From assembly GCA_040755215.1 (NCBI GenBank), contig JBFMBG010000003.1, positions 19,126 to 83,125 of the forward strand: a stretch of DNA of 64,000 nt, in the 5' to 3' direction. The notes under the pieces were generated by a model, which was given only the letters and a program-made list of their open reading frames with translations, was not told the origin of the DNA and made no database searches. A program made the translations under genes and the position numbers. This document shows positions 16,698 to 26,588 of this stretch, one piece after another. How positions within the stretch are numbered: the stretch's first letter is position 1; each line of letters opens with the position of its first letter. The DNA comes from Bacillota bacterium (GTDB taxonomy: Bacteria; Bacillota; Desulfotomaculia; Desulfotomaculales; Nap2-2B).

Positions 16698-17645
16698 ATG
16701 AAGGTGCGCTGGTTTACCGGACTGGTCATCATTGCATTCGTGCTGACTCTTCTGGTAGGAGCATGTGCCCGGCAGGCGCCCCGCAAGCCAATTGCCGACG
16801 CTCCCCGGAGCGAACCCACCATAACCATGTTTGTCAACGAAACCGGCCAGAAGAGGCAGATTAAACTGGAAGACTACGTTGCCGGAGTGGTGGCGGCGGA
16901 AATGGAGCCCACCTGGCCGGTCAACGCTCTGGCCGCTCAGGCCATTTTAGCTCGCACCTTTACCGTGGAGAACATCAAAAGCGGGCGGGTAAGGCAATTA
17001 AGAGGCGCGGATGTTTCGACGAGCCCCCAGGAATTCCAGGCCTATAACCCCTCCCGAATTAATGCCCAAGTGCGCCAGGCAGTGGCGCGCACCCGCGGGG
17101 AAGTAGCCATGTACAGGGGTAACTACGTAAAGGCCTGGTTTAACGCCTGTGACGGTGGAGTTACAGCCTCGGCGGCCGAGGGGCTGGGCTACGCCAAAAC
17201 ACCCACGCCTTACCTGAAAGCCGGCATCAAGGATAATTGCCTGGCGGTCACCACGCCCGAAAACCGCGCCTGGGAGACGCGGATACCACTTGAGCAGGTG
17301 CGTTCGGCGGTGAAGAAAATTACCGGACAGGATCCCGGTGCCGTTACTTCCGTACGCATCGCCAAATACGGGCCTTCGGGCAGGGCCCAAACGCTGCAGT
17401 TGGGCAGTACAACCGTCAGCGCCCCGGCTTTGCGCCTGGCTCTAGGCAGTGAATGGATTCGCTCCACATTTTTGACCGGGGTAAAAGTTGAGGGCAACCA
17501 GCTTGTCTTAAAAGGCAAGGGGTTTGGCCACGGAGTTGGCCTGTGCCAGTGGGGAGCGAAGAGGCTGGCTGAACAGGGGCATTCACCGGAAGACATCGTC
17601 AAATTTTATTACAAGGGCATAGAAATTAAAAAACTATGGAAATAA
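16698..17645 (+). CDS. spoIID: SpoIID/LytB-domain lytic transglycosylase (stage II sporulation protein D-like)
   Basis: Signal peptide with lipobox LLVGAC. Motifs: YVAGVVAAEMEPTWPVNALAAQAILARTF, ACDGGVTASA, GHGVGLCQWGA. Confidence 0.85.
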   Translation: MKVRWFTGLVIIAFVLTLLVGACARQAPRKPIADAPRSEPTITMFVNETGQKRQIKLEDYVAGVVAAEMEPTWPVNALAAQAILARTFTVENIKSGRVRQLRGADVSTSPQEFQAYNPSRINAQVRQAVARTRGEVAMYRGNYVKAWFNACDGGVTASAAEGLGYAKTPTPYLKAGIKDNCLAVTTPENRAWETRIPLEQVRSAVKKITGQDPGAVTSVRIAKYGPSGRAQTLQLGSTTVSAPALRLALGSEWIRSTFLTGVKVEGNQLVLKGKGFGHGVGLCQWGAKRLAEQGHSPEDIVKFYYKGIEIKKLWK

Positions 17646-17677
17646 ATAAACCGGGCAAGAAATAAATCAAAAATCGG

Positions 17678-17710
17678 GCTGCTGAAGAAATTCAGCAGCT
17701 TCTACTTTTT
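17678..17710 (+). terminator. Intrinsic terminator after spoIID
   Basis: gctgctgaa-gaaa-ttcagcagc hairpin, with a T-run 6 nt downstream. Confidence 0.65.
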
Positions 17711-17920
17711 ATTCAAGAGAAATTATTAAAATTTGAAAAAGGGTATTGAACGGGGATAATAATTATATGTAAAATCAAGAAAATTGTTTTTTTGTTATCT
17801 TTTCCCTGAAAAAATTAAAAGAAAGTATCGTTTAAAAGTTAAATTGGCTGTTGACAAAGAAAATAATTTTATTTAATGTTAATAATAATTATTAATTTAT
17901 TTTTGATTGGAGGTTGGCGT

Positions 17921-19759
17921 ATGCCCAAAGCTGTGGGAATTGATTTGGGCACCACCAATTCGGTGGTAGCTGTTATGGAAGGCGGTAAGCCGACAGTAAT
18001 CGTTAATGCGGAAGGGTCGCGGACAACCCCGTCTGTGGTGGCCTTTAAGGATACGGGTGAGCGGCTGGTGGGCCAGATCGCCAAAAGGCAAGCGGCTCTA
18101 AACCCCCAGAATACGCTTTATTCGGTGAAGCGTTTTATCGGCCGCCGGTATTCCGAAGTGGCCGACGAGCGCAAGCTCGTTCCCTACAAGGTGGTGGCCG
18201 GCCCCAACGACGCCGTGCGCTTCGACGTGCGGGACAAAAAGTATGCTCCCGAAGAAATTTCGGCCATGGTGTTGCGGAAGCTCGTGGACGACGCCTCCAA
18301 ATACCTCGGAGAGAAGGTGACCGACGCCGTAATTACCGTCCCGGCCTACTTTAACGACGCGCAGCGCCAGGCGACCAAGGACGCCGGAAAAATAGCCGGT
18401 TTGAACGTGTTGCGCATTATCAACGAACCGACCGCCGCCTCCTTAGCCTATGGTCTGGATAAAAAGGTCAACGAAACCATTTTAGTATTTGACCTGGGCG
18501 GGGGAACTTTCGACGTTTCCATTTTAGAAGTGGGCGACGGGGTCTTCGAAGTGAAGGCCACCAACGGCGACACCCACCTGGGCGGCGACAACTTCGATAA
18601 GGAAATAGTCGACTGGCTGGCCACGGAATTTAAAAAGGATTACGGGATTGACCTGCGCCAGGACAAACAGGCCTTGCAGCGCTTGCTCGAAGCCGCCGAA
18701 AAGGCGAAGGTGGAGCTCTCCACCACCCTGGAGACACAGATCAGCCTGCCCTTTATCACCGCCGACGCGAGCGGTCCCAAGCACCTGGACATGAAACTGA
18801 CCAGGGCCAAGTTTGAAGACCTGACCCACCACCTGGTGGAGCGCTGCCGGGGGCCGGTAAAGGCGGCCCTGGCCGATGCAAAGCTCACCGAAAAGGATAT
18901 CGACGAAGTCATCCTGGTGGGCGGCGCCACAAGGATGCCGGCAGTGCAGAGGCTGGTCAGGGAAATGCTCGGCAAGGAGCCCAACCAGGGAGTCAATCCC
19001 GACGAGGTGGTGGCCGTCGGGGCGGCGATTCAGGCCGGCGTGCTGGCCGGGGAGGTAAAGGACGTCGTTTTGCTGGACGTGACGCCGTTGTCCCTGGGGG
19101 TGGAAACTTTAGGAGGGGTGATGACGAAAATCATCGAGCGCAACACCACCATCCCGGTGCGGCGCAGCCAGATCTTTTCCACCGCCGAGGATAACCAGCC
19201 GGCAGTCGACATTCACGTACTGCAGGGCGAGCGGGAAATGGCCAGGGACAACCGTTCCCTGGGACAGTTTAAGCTGGACGGCATTCCCCTGGCGCCGCGC
19301 GGCGTGCCGCAGATTGAGGTAACTTTCGATATCGACGCCAACGGCATTTTAAAGGTTAGCGCCCGGGACAAAGCCACGGGCAAGGAGCAGACCATTACCA
19401 TCAGCGGCTCCACAAACCTGGACCAGGCCGAGATCGACCGCATGATCAGGGATGCCCGGGCGCACGCCGAAGAAGACAAGCGGCGCCGGCAGGAAGTGGA
19501 GGAACGGAACGAGGCGGACAGCCTCGCTTACCAGGTGGATCGCCAGCTCAAAGAACTGGGGGATCGCCTCCCCGTGCACGAAAAGGCGCGGATCGAACAG
19601 ATCCTGACCGACCTCCGCGCGGCGTTAAAAGAAAACGCCCCGGTGGAGCGCATCCGCACCCTGCGGAGCGACCTTCAGCAGGCCGCCTACTCGTTATCGG
19701 AGGCCGCTTACCGGCAGGTCCGGGAGAGCGGCCAGAGTTGCCCGCCCGGCGGCACCTGA
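17921..19759 (+). CDS. dnaK: Molecular chaperone DnaK (Hsp70). The ORF ends at an in-frame TGA 21 codons before the conserved tail.
   Basis: Trimmed to ATG 17921 (SD GGAGG 7 nt upstream). [28 protein letters not shown] and others. The canonical C-terminal ...GGDDVVDVEYEEK* is encoded in the same frame after the TGA (19760-19822). Confidence 0.95.
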   Translation: MPKAVGIDLGTTNSVVAVMEGGKPTVIVNAEGSRTTPSVVAFKDTGERLVGQIAKRQAALNPQNTLYSVKRFIGRRYSEVADERKLVPYKVVAGPNDAVRFDVRDKKYAPEEISAMVLRKLVDDASKYLGEKVTDAVITVPAYFNDAQRQATKDAGKIAGLNVLRIINEPTAASLAYGLDKKVNETILVFDLGGGTFDVSILEVGDGVFEVKATNGDTHLGGDNFDKEIVDWLATEFKKDYGIDLRQDKQALQRLLEAAEKAKVELSTTLETQISLPFITADASGPKHLDMKLTRAKFEDLTHHLVERCRGPVKAALADAKLTEKDIDEVILVGGATRMPAVQRLVREMLGKEPNQGVNPDEVVAVGAAIQAGVLAGEVKDVVLLDVTPLSLGVETLGGVMTKIIERNTTIPVRRSQIFSTAEDNQPAVDIHVLQGEREMARDNRSLGQFKLDGIPLAPRGVPQIEVTFDIDANGILKVSARDKATGKEQTITISGSTNLDQAEIDRMIRDARAHAEEDKRRRQEVEERNEADSLAYQVDRQLKELGDRLPVHEKARIEQILTDLRAALKENAPVERIRTLRSDLQQAAYSLSEAAYRQVRESGQSCPPGGT

Positions 19760-19869
19760 GGGGGAGGTTCCCGGCGCCTGGGGGGCGACGATGTGGTGGA
19801 TGTGGAATACGAAGAAAAATAAATGATTTTCCCAAAAGCTGTGTTGGTATTACCGCTGGGGGGTAAAAA

Positions 19870-20358
19870 ATGGAACAAAATAAAACGGCAGACCCTAAGG
19901 GTGGCGACCCCGGTGAGGAAATAAAAATCCTGCGCCAGGAACTGGCGGACGAAAAAAACCGCCACCTGCGCACACTGGCCGACTTCGACAACTATCGCAG
20001 GCGAGTTGAACGCACTGCCCAAGAAATGAGTATGCAGGAAAAAAAGGCTCTGCTCCTGGATTTGCTGGCCTTGTTCGATGATTTTGAGCAGGCCAGAAAG
20101 CATATTAACGATGCGCAGACGGCGGAAGGGTTAAACCTCATTTACCGCCGGTTTCTTGAACTGCTGAAAAATCATGGGGTTACCCCCATCGAGTGCCTGG
20201 GGAGGCCCTTTGACCCCGCTGAGCAAGAAGGGGTGGCTTACGTAGAGACGGCGGACTGTCCGGAAGGGTGCGTCGCCGGGGAAATTTGCCGCGGATTCAA
20301 ATTTGGCGAAGAAATCCTCCGGCCAGCCAGAGTGCTGGTGGCCAGGCGGCCCGGCTAA
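19870..20358 (+). CDS. grpE: Nucleotide exchange factor GrpE
   Basis: RTLADFDNYRRRVERT, GVTPIECLGRPFDPAEQEGV, GFKFGEEILRPARVLV. 162 aa. Confidence 0.9.
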   Translation: MEQNKTADPKGGDPGEEIKILRQELADEKNRHLRTLADFDNYRRRVERTAQEMSMQEKKALLLDLLALFDDFEQARKHINDAQTAEGLNLIYRRFLELLKNHGVTPIECLGRPFDPAEQEGVAYVETADCPEGCVAGEICRGFKFGEEILRPARVLVARRPG

Positions 20359-20420
20359 TCATGATTTAGGGGGATTTTTACCTCAGGGGTAAAGCATATG
20401 TCAGTGGAGGAAACCAGTCA

Positions 20421-21428
20421 ATGGCCGTTTCTTACCAGGACTACTACGAGGTTTTAGGCGTCGGCCGGAACGCTACGGAAAAAGAAATCAAGGCCGCTTA
20501 CCGAAAGCTGGCCCGCAAGTGGCACCCCGATTTGCATACCGGCAAGCAGAAAAAGGAAGCGGAAGAAAAATTCAAGCAAATCAACGAAGCCTACGAGGTC
20601 TTGAGCGATCCCGATAAACGCGCCAAATACGACCGCCTGGGGAGCAACTGGCGGGCCGGGCAGGATTTTGAGCCGCCGCCCGACATGGAGGGCGTACATT
20701 TTTATACAACCGGCGATTTTGAACCGGGGTTTCGCAGCGGATTCAGCGACTTCTTCGAGATGCTTTTCGGAGGCACTCGCGCCGCCGGACGCTCTGCCGC
20801 GGCAGCCCGCGGGCCGATCCGCGGGCAGGATGTAGAGAGCGAAATTGAGCTTACCCTGGAAGAAGCTTACCGCGGAGCGACGAAAGCTCTGCAAGTATCG
20901 GGCGCAACGGTTTGTCCGGATTGCGGCGGCACCGGCGTAAGGGAGAGGCGTTTTTGTGCCCGGTGTGGCGGCACGGGTACGCTTCCGGATTTAAAAACCT
21001 TGGAGGTAAGGATTCCCGCCGGCGTCCGCGAGGGCAGCCGGATCCGGTTGAAAGGCCAGGGGGGCGAGGGTCTGACCGGAGGGTCGAGAGGGGACCTTTA
21101 CTTAAAGGTGCGCTTTCTCCCTCACCCCGTTTTTGCCGTGAAAGGTGACGACCTTGAAACGGAAGTCGTCTTAACCCCCGAGCAGGCTGTATTGGGTGAC
21201 AAGGTACCCGTGCCCACTCTGGATGGGCCGGTCACCGTCACCGTGCCGGCCGGCAGCCGGGCGGGGACGCGGCTGAGGTTGCGCGGTAAGGGGCTTCCCC
21301 TTAAAGGCGGCGGGCGCGGCGACCAGTACGTGCGCATTGTCATTGATCTTCCCGCCCTCTTAAGCGAGGAAGAAAAGCGGCTATACCAGCGACTAAGGGA
21401 GATCAGGGAAGGGGCAAGAGCCCGCTAG
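20421..21428 (+). CDS. dnaJ: DnaJ/CbpA-type J-domain co-chaperone with a reduced (single-centre) zinc finger
   Basis: J domain DYYEVLGV...[13 protein letters not shown] (HPD). G/F-like region. Only two CxxCxGxG motifs ([16 protein letters not shown]) rather than four. Two C-terminal beta-sandwich domains. 335 aa. Confidence 0.85.
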   Translation: MAVSYQDYYEVLGVGRNATEKEIKAAYRKLARKWHPDLHTGKQKKEAEEKFKQINEAYEVLSDPDKRAKYDRLGSNWRAGQDFEPPPDMEGVHFYTTGDFEPGFRSGFSDFFEMLFGGTRAAGRSAAAARGPIRGQDVESEIELTLEEAYRGATKALQVSGATVCPDCGGTGVRERRFCARCGGTGTLPDLKTLEVRIPAGVREGSRIRLKGQGGEGLTGGSRGDLYLKVRFLPHPVFAVKGDDLETEVVLTPEQAVLGDKVPVPTLDGPVTVTVPAGSRAGTRLRLRGKGLPLKGGGRGDQYVRIVIDLPALLSEEEKRLYQRLREIREGARAR

Positions 21429-21516
21429 CGAGATACCAATTCGTTAATTGTCGGCCGGCAAACATCAGTTTAGATTGTTTCTGACGTCCGACAACCAACG
21501 TCTGAATTGAGGCAGG

Positions 21517-21804
21517 ATGACCATGACTTTGTTACGGATTTATTACCATGGCGGAGAACAGGAAAAACTGGATATCTGCGGCCTGGAATTTCATCCGGAA
21601 ATGCTCGAGATTTTGCACGAACTGGGCATCATCGAGATCCGGGAAGGTTGCCTCGGTCCGGAGCAGTTACGCCGGATCTACAAACTCCTGCGCTTGAAAA
21701 ACTCCCTGGGGGTGAACCTTTCCGGCGCAGCCGTTATTTTAGAACTTCTCGACCGCATTGAAGAGCTTCAAGAAGAAATTGAAAAACTGCGAAGAGCAAG
21801 GTGA
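21517..21804 (+). CDS. CbpM-like chaperone-modulator (MerR_2-type small protein)
   Basis: 95 aa. ...[12 protein letters not shown]...[45 protein letters not shown] parallels E. coli CbpM (...IVGLGVVEP...[43 protein letters not shown]). Lies directly after the J-protein, as in cbpA-cbpM. Confidence 0.55.
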   Translation: MTMTLLRIYYHGGEQEKLDICGLEFHPEMLEILHELGIIEIREGCLGPEQLRRIYKLLRLKNSLGVNLSGAAVILELLDRIEELQEEIEKLRRAR

Positions 21805-21809
21805 GGCAA

Positions 21810-24419
21810 ATGGATATCAACCGTTTTACGCAAAAATCACGGGAAGCCCTGGCGGCGGCGCAGGCTCTGGCAGCGGAAAAAAATCACCAGGAAATTACGG
21901 GTAAGCACCTGCTGGCCGCCCTTTTAAGGCAGGAAGGGAGTCTGGCGCCGCGCTTCCTTGCCCAGGCGGGAGCCGATCCGGCCGTCCTTGAGCAGGGGCT
22001 GGAAAACCTGCTGCGAAAAATACCTGCGGTATTCGGTGCGGCAGCCTCGCTGGCCGTCGGCGCGGGCCTGGCGCGGGTGCTTGCCCGGGCGGAAAAGGAA
22101 GCCCAGGCGTTAAAAGACGACTACGTCAGCGTTGAGCACATTTTGCTTGCCATGGTCGACGACGGAGAAGAAGATTTGAAAGATCTTTTCCGGCAGGCGG
22201 GGGTGGACAGGAATTCCCTGTTGACGGCGCTGCGTGCGGTGCGAGGCGCCCAGCGCGTTACCAGCGACAACCCCGAAGCTACTTACGAGGCGCTGGAGCG
22301 CTACGGCCGGGACCTGACCAGGCTGGCCGGTGAAGGTAAGCTGGATCCGGTCATTGGCCGGGACGACGAAATCCGGCGGGTGATGGAAATACTTTCCCGG
22401 CGCACCAAGAATAACCCCGTGCTGATCGGCGAGCCGGGAGTGGGCAAGACGGCAATCGTCGAAGGGCTGGCCAGGCGAATCGTCGCCCGCGATGTTCCGG
22501 AAGGACTGAAAGAGAAGCGGGTGATCGCCCTGGACATGGGGGCGCTGGTGGCCGGGGCCAAGTACCGGGGTGAATTTGAGGAGCGCCTCAAGGCAGTATT
22601 GAAAGAAGTGCAGGAATCCGCCGGGAAAATCATTCTTTTCATTGACGAGTTGCACACCGTGGTGGGGGCCGGCGCCGCTGAAGGAGCTATGGACGCCAGC
22701 AACCTCTTAAAGCCGATGCTGGCCCGTGGTGAACTGCGCGCCATCGGCGCCACCACCATTGAGGAGTACCGGAAGCACGTCGAAAAAGACGCCGCCCTGG
22801 AGAGGCGCTTCCAACCGGTGATGGTTAACCCTCCGTCGGTGGAAGACACCATCTCCATTTTGCGGGGGCTAAAGGAGCGCTACGAAGTGCATCACGGGGT
22901 GCGCATCCAGGACGCCGCCCTGGTAGCCGCGGCCGTTTTGTCCGACCGGTACATCACCGACCGCTTTTTGCCGGATAAGGCCATCGATTTAATGGACGAA
23001 GCGGCGGCGCGCCTGCGCACGGAAATTGACAGTATGCCGACCGCCCTGGACGAAATTACCCGGCGCATCATGCAGCTGGAAATAGAGGAGGCCGCTTTAA
23101 AAAAAGAGCGAGACCAGGCTTCGCAGGAGAGACTGCAGAAGATCCAGAAAGAACTTGCCGACCTGCGCCTTGATGCCGATGCCATGAAGACCCAGTGGCA
23201 GGCGGAAAAGCAGGCCATCTCCCGGGTGCGGGCGATCAAGCGGGAGATTGAAGAAGTGCGCACGGAAATCGAAAAGGCCGAAAGGGAGTACGACTTAAAC
23301 CGGATGGCCGAACTGAAATACGGGCGCTTGAATGAACTGGAGAGGAGGCTCAGGGCGGAAGAAGAACTCCTGGCCGGTAAACAGAAACACAACATGCTCC
23401 TCAAGGAAGAGGTCGACGAAGAGGACATCGCCAGGGTGGTCAGCCGGTGGACGGGCATCCCGGTAAGCAAGTTGATGGAAGGGGAAAAGGAAAAGCTCAT
23501 CCGCCTGGAAGAACTGCTCCACGAGCGGGTAATCGGCCAGGACGAGGCGGTGCGTGCCGTTGCCGATGCAGTGCTGCGGGCCCGCAGCGGAATCAAGGAC
23601 CCCCACCGGCCGGTAGGCAGCTTCATTTTCCTGGGGCCGACCGGCGTAGGCAAAACCGAACTCTCCAGGGCGCTGGCCGAGGCCCTTTTCGACGACGAGC
23701 GCAACATGATTCGCCTGGACATGTCGGAGTACATGGAAAAGCACACGGTGGCCAGGTTAATCGGGGCGCCCCCCGGCTACGTAGGCTACGAGGAGGGCGG
23801 TCAGCTTACCGAGGCCGTGCGCAGGAAGCCCTACAGCGTGGTTCTTTTTGACGAGATTGAAAAAGCCCACGCCGACGTTTTCAACGCCCTGCTGCAGATC
23901 CTCGACGACGGGCGGCTGACCGACGGCAAGGGCCGCACGGTCAACTTTAAAAACACCATCATCATTATGACTTCCAACATCGGGAGCCAGGAAATCCTGA
24001 ACTTCCAGGAAAAGGGCGGCGATTACGAAAGGATGAAAGAGGGCGTGCTGGCTTTCTTAAAGCAGCATTTCCGCCCTGAGTTTTTAAACCGGGTAGACGA
24101 AATAATTGTCTTCCACGCTTTGGACCGCGAGCAGGTCCGGCAAATTACCGTTCTTTTGCTGAAGCGGCTGGCGGCCAGACTGGCGCAGACCATCGGTTGC
24201 ACCCTGAAGTGGGACGACACCGCCGTGACTTACCTGGCGAACAAAGGCTACGATCCGGCTTTCGGGGCCAGACCGTTGAAAAGGACCATCCAGCAGGAAG
24301 TGGAAACGCCCCTTTCCCGCCAGATCGTCAGCGGTGCAGTGAAGCCGAAAGACGTCATTACTTTAAAAGGGGGTGAGGGAAGGATTTCTTTCGAGGTGAA
24401 ACCGGCTTCCGGGGACTAA
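21810..24419 (+). CDS. clpB: ATP-dependent disaggregase ClpB
   Basis: Trimmed to ATG 21810. Clp_N repeats, two AAA+ modules ([15 protein letters not shown] and [15 protein letters not shown]), a long coiled-coil M-domain, and sensor GARPLKR. Confidence 0.95.
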   Translation: MDINRFTQKSREALAAAQALAAEKNHQEITGKHLLAALLRQEGSLAPRFLAQAGADPAVLEQGLENLLRKIPAVFGAAASLAVGAGLARVLARAEKEAQALKDDYVSVEHILLAMVDDGEEDLKDLFRQAGVDRNSLLTALRAVRGAQRVTSDNPEATYEALERYGRDLTRLAGEGKLDPVIGRDDEIRRVMEILSRRTKNNPVLIGEPGVGKTAIVEGLARRIVARDVPEGLKEKRVIALDMGALVAGAKYRGEFEERLKAVLKEVQESAGKIILFIDELHTVVGAGAAEGAMDASNLLKPMLARGELRAIGATTIEEYRKHVEKDAALERRFQPVMVNPPSVEDTISILRGLKERYEVHHGVRIQDAALVAAAVLSDRYITDRFLPDKAIDLMDEAAARLRTEIDSMPTALDEITRRIMQLEIEEAALKKERDQASQERLQKIQKELADLRLDADAMKTQWQAEKQAISRVRAIKREIEEVRTEIEKAEREYDLNRMAELKYGRLNELERRLRAEEELLAGKQKHNMLLKEEVDEEDIARVVSRWTGIPVSKLMEGEKEKLIRLEELLHERVIGQDEAVRAVADAVLRARSGIKDPHRPVGSFIFLGPTGVGKTELSRALAEALFDDERNMIRLDMSEYMEKHTVARLIGAPPGYVGYEEGGQLTEAVRRKPYSVVLFDEIEKAHADVFNALLQILDDGRLTDGKGRTVNFKNTIIIMTSNIGSQEILNFQEKGGDYERMKEGVLAFLKQHFRPEFLNRVDEIIVFHALDREQVRQITVLLLKRLAARLAQTIGCTLKWDDTAVTYLANKGYDPAFGARPLKRTIQQEVETPLSRQIVSGAVKPKDVITLKGGEGRISFEVKPASGD

Positions 24420-24492
24420 CGGGCCGGCGGAAGACGGCAAACACCGAAAAAATTGGCTGGAGAGCATTAAAAAATTTAAGGAGGAATCAAGT

Positions 24493-24669
24493 ATGTCGTG
24501 GAAATGTTCCAATTGCGGTTACACCATCAATGAGGAGACCTATCCCGAGCGTTGTCCTTCGTGCAAAGAGGCCTGCGCCTTTCTGAACGTTACCTGCTAC
24601 ATACCCGACTGCGGCGGGCCGCGCCCGGATCTGATCGATGACCGCATCAGCAAAAAGGAAAAGGAATAG
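24493..24669 (+). CDS. Small Cys-rich zinc-ribbon/rubredoxin-like protein (58 aa, below the ORF-track cutoff)
   Basis: Strong SD AAGGAGG 8 nt before the ATG. MSWKCSNCGYTINEETYPERCPSCKEACAF...: two CxxC pairs, as in rubredoxin or the rubrerythrin C-terminal ribbon. Confidence 0.5.
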   Translation: MSWKCSNCGYTINEETYPERCPSCKEACAFLNVTCYIPDCGGPRPDLIDDRISKKEKE

Positions 24670-24803
24670 TGGTAGTTAACAGTTTAACCGAAGTAAGCCG
24701 GGAAGCAGTTTTTTTCCAGGTTCAACGATTCCATCTAATTTCTATTCCTGGCCAGTTGCTGATTCCCAATCCTAAGCTCTTTTTTAAAAGGAGGGCGACT
24801 TGA

Positions 24804-25265
24804 ATGGCCATTGAAAAATACAGGGGAGGCTGGCTTAGTCCCTGGAATCCTTTCCGGGAACTAGAAGAAATCAGGCAGCGGATGGAGGACTGGTTTAAGC
24901 CTGTTTTTTGGCGGACCGCTCCTGTTGAAGGAGCTGTCTGGGCGCCTCCCATTGAGATGTACGAAGAAAAGGACCGTTACGTGGTCAAGGCGGAGATTCC
25001 CGGGATGAAAAAGGACGAGATCGAGGTTTCTATCACGGACAACGTTTTAACCATCAAAGGCGAGCGGAAAGCCGAAGGGGAGAAAAAAGAGAGCAGCTAC
25101 TACTGCTGCGAGCGCTACTACGGCAGCTTTCTGCGGGCGCTCAACCTGCCGGGAAACGTCGACGTCAAAAAGATCTCCGCCGGCTACAAAGACGGCGTCC
25201 TGGAAATAAGCCTGCCCAAGACGGAAGAAGAAAAAGAGAAAAAGATCGAGGTCAAAATTGAATAA
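24804..25265 (+). CDS. Hsp20/alpha-crystallin small heat-shock protein
   Basis: SD AGGAGGG. Alpha-crystallin domain: PPIEMYEEKDRYVVKAEIPGMKKDEIEVSI...FLRALNLPGNVDVKKISAGYKDGVLEISLPK. Confidence 0.9.
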   Translation: MAIEKYRGGWLSPWNPFRELEEIRQRMEDWFKPVFWRTAPVEGAVWAPPIEMYEEKDRYVVKAEIPGMKKDEIEVSITDNVLTIKGERKAEGEKKESSYYCCERYYGSFLRALNLPGNVDVKKISAGYKDGVLEISLPKTEEEKEKKIEVKIE

Positions 25266-25348
25266 CAGGAAAAGGCTGCTTCCCGGCTTTTTGCTTTTTT
25301 GAGTACTGCCCTGGAAAGGAAAACAAAACAAACGGAGGTTGCCGTGCA

Positions 25349-25546
25349 ATGCCTAAAAAACCTTATATTGAATCCGCCGAATGCATGGCCTGCGGCAGCT
25401 GCGCGGACTTGTGCCCGGGCGTTTTCCAACTCGACGAGGACCTTGGTTACGCGGTGGTGATTGATCCGCAGGGCGCTTCCGAGGACGAGATCCAGGAAGC
25501 CATCGATTCCTGTCCGGCTGCCTGCATTCACTGGGAAGAGGAATAG
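25349..25546 (+). CDS. Small [4Fe-4S]/[3Fe-4S] ferredoxin
   Basis: 65 aa. [12 protein letters not shown] ... CPAACI cluster motif. Confidence 0.8.
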   Translation: MPKKPYIESAECMACGSCADLCPGVFQLDEDLGYAVVIDPQGASEDEIQEAIDSCPAACIHWEEE

Positions 25547-25575
25547 TCATTAAAAATAAAAAAAGGAGGGTTTTT

Positions 25576-26148
25576 ATGGGTTTAAAAGGTACGCGCACCG
25601 AGCGCAACCTGTTGACTGCCTTTGCGGGCGAGTCGCAGGCCAGAAACCGCTACACCTATTTTGCCAGCCGGGCGAAAGCGGAGGGCTACGAGCAGATCGC
25701 GGCGGTTTTTCTGGAAACAGCGGACAACGAAAAGGAGCACGCGAAGCGGATCTTTAAATTCTTCGAAGGCGGCGAAGCGGAAGTTACCGCCTCGTTCCCT
25801 GCGGGGGTAATCGGTGATACGCTGGCCAACCTGAAAAGCGCTGCAGCCGGGGAAAATTACGAACATACGACGATGTACCCGGAGTTTGCGAAAGTGGCCG
25901 AAGAGGAAGGGTTTCCCGAAATCGCGGCGGTCTTGCGGGCCATTGCCAGGGCCGAGGTGGGGCACGAGGAGCGGTACCGCAAACTCATCGCCAATATCGA
26001 GCAGGGAAAGGTTTTCCAGCGGGACCAGAAAGTGACCTGGAAGTGCCGGAACTGCGGGTACATGCACGAAGGGACGAAACCGCCGGAAACCTGTCCGTCG
26101 TGCGACCATCCGAAGAGTTACTTTGAGCTCTTCTGTGAAAATTATTAG
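25576..26148 (+). CDS. rbr: Rubrerythrin
   Basis: [38 protein letters not shown] di-iron helices, plus C-terminal rubredoxin CRNCGY...CPSCDHP. Confidence 0.92.
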   Translation: MGLKGTRTERNLLTAFAGESQARNRYTYFASRAKAEGYEQIAAVFLETADNEKEHAKRIFKFFEGGEAEVTASFPAGVIGDTLANLKSAAAGENYEHTTMYPEFAKVAEEEGFPEIAAVLRAIARAEVGHEERYRKLIANIEQGKVFQRDQKVTWKCRNCGYMHEGTKPPETCPSCDHPKSYFELFCENY

Positions 26149-26193
26149 ACCTCCATACCGCTTTTTAGCGACACCAACAGGGGCAAAAGCCTT

Positions 26194-26235
26194 ATGCCGC
26201 CGTCAAAAAAAGACGGCGGCATAAAAATTTTTTTT
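26194..26235 (+). terminator. Rho-independent terminator after rubrerythrin
   Basis: 11-bp stem atgccgccgtc / gacggcggcat, A7 loop, then aaaaatttttttt. Confidence 0.85.
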
Positions 26236-26303
26236 CATATTTGAAGAACGGGCCGGCATAAAAATGAAATAGGATATTTAGCCAGGGGAGTAGATTTTCA
26301 CCA

Positions 26304-26588
26304 ATGGAAGAACAGGCCAGGAACAAATTAACGCTTACCAACCGCCGGCAGCTGGTCTTTGAAGGAGTGCGCCTGGTCGAAAAATTTGACGATGAAGAAA
26401 TTGTGCTGGAAACTAACATGGGGGCTCTTTTCTTAAAAGGAAATGATTTGCACATTACGCAACTCGATCTGGAAAAAGGTACGCTGCTGGCGGAAGGATT
26501 TTTTACCTGGTTGCAGTTCCGCGAGGAAAGCTCCGGCAGCAGGATGAAGGCAAAAGGAAAAGGGATTTTGGGGAAACTTTTCAAGTAG
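26304..26588 (+). CDS. yabP: Sporulation protein YabP
   Basis: 94 aa. LTLTNRRQLVFEGVRLVEKFDDEEIVLETNMGALFLKGNDLHITQLDLEKG is the YabP/YqfC beta-barrel signature. yabQ follows. Confidence 0.8.
   Translation: MEEQARNKLTLTNRRQLVFEGVRLVEKFDDEEIVLETNMGALFLKGNDLHITQLDLEKGTLLAEGFFTWLQFREESSGSRMKAKGKGILGKLFK

Noticed and set aside
17713-17920. Search for CIRCE, HAIR or CtsR operators and a clean sigma-A promoter upstream of dnaK.
   Set aside because: None of these operators was found. TTGACA at 17851-56 is followed at 17 nt only by TAATGT, which matches 3 of 6 positions, so I did not call a promoter with any confidence.
19757-19759. The in-frame TGA in dnaK as a selenocysteine codon.
   Set aside because: No convincing SECIS-type hairpin lies immediately downstream. 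The position is in a poorly conserved Gly-rich linker where Sec would have no catalytic role. A nonsense mutation, indel or assembly artefact, or read-through is more plausible.
24755-24775. A sigma-54-like TGGCC...TTGCT sequence upstream of hsp20.
   Set aside because: The GG-to-GC spacing is about 8 nt rather than the 12 nt required by the -24/-12 consensus.
25333-25346. Identical 14-mer aaacggaggttgcc upstream of both the ferredoxin gene (25333-25346) and yabQ (26648-26661).
   Set aside because: It is centred on the Shine-Dalgarno GGAGG. The flanks do not align, so it is most likely chance similarity of two ribosome-binding sites.
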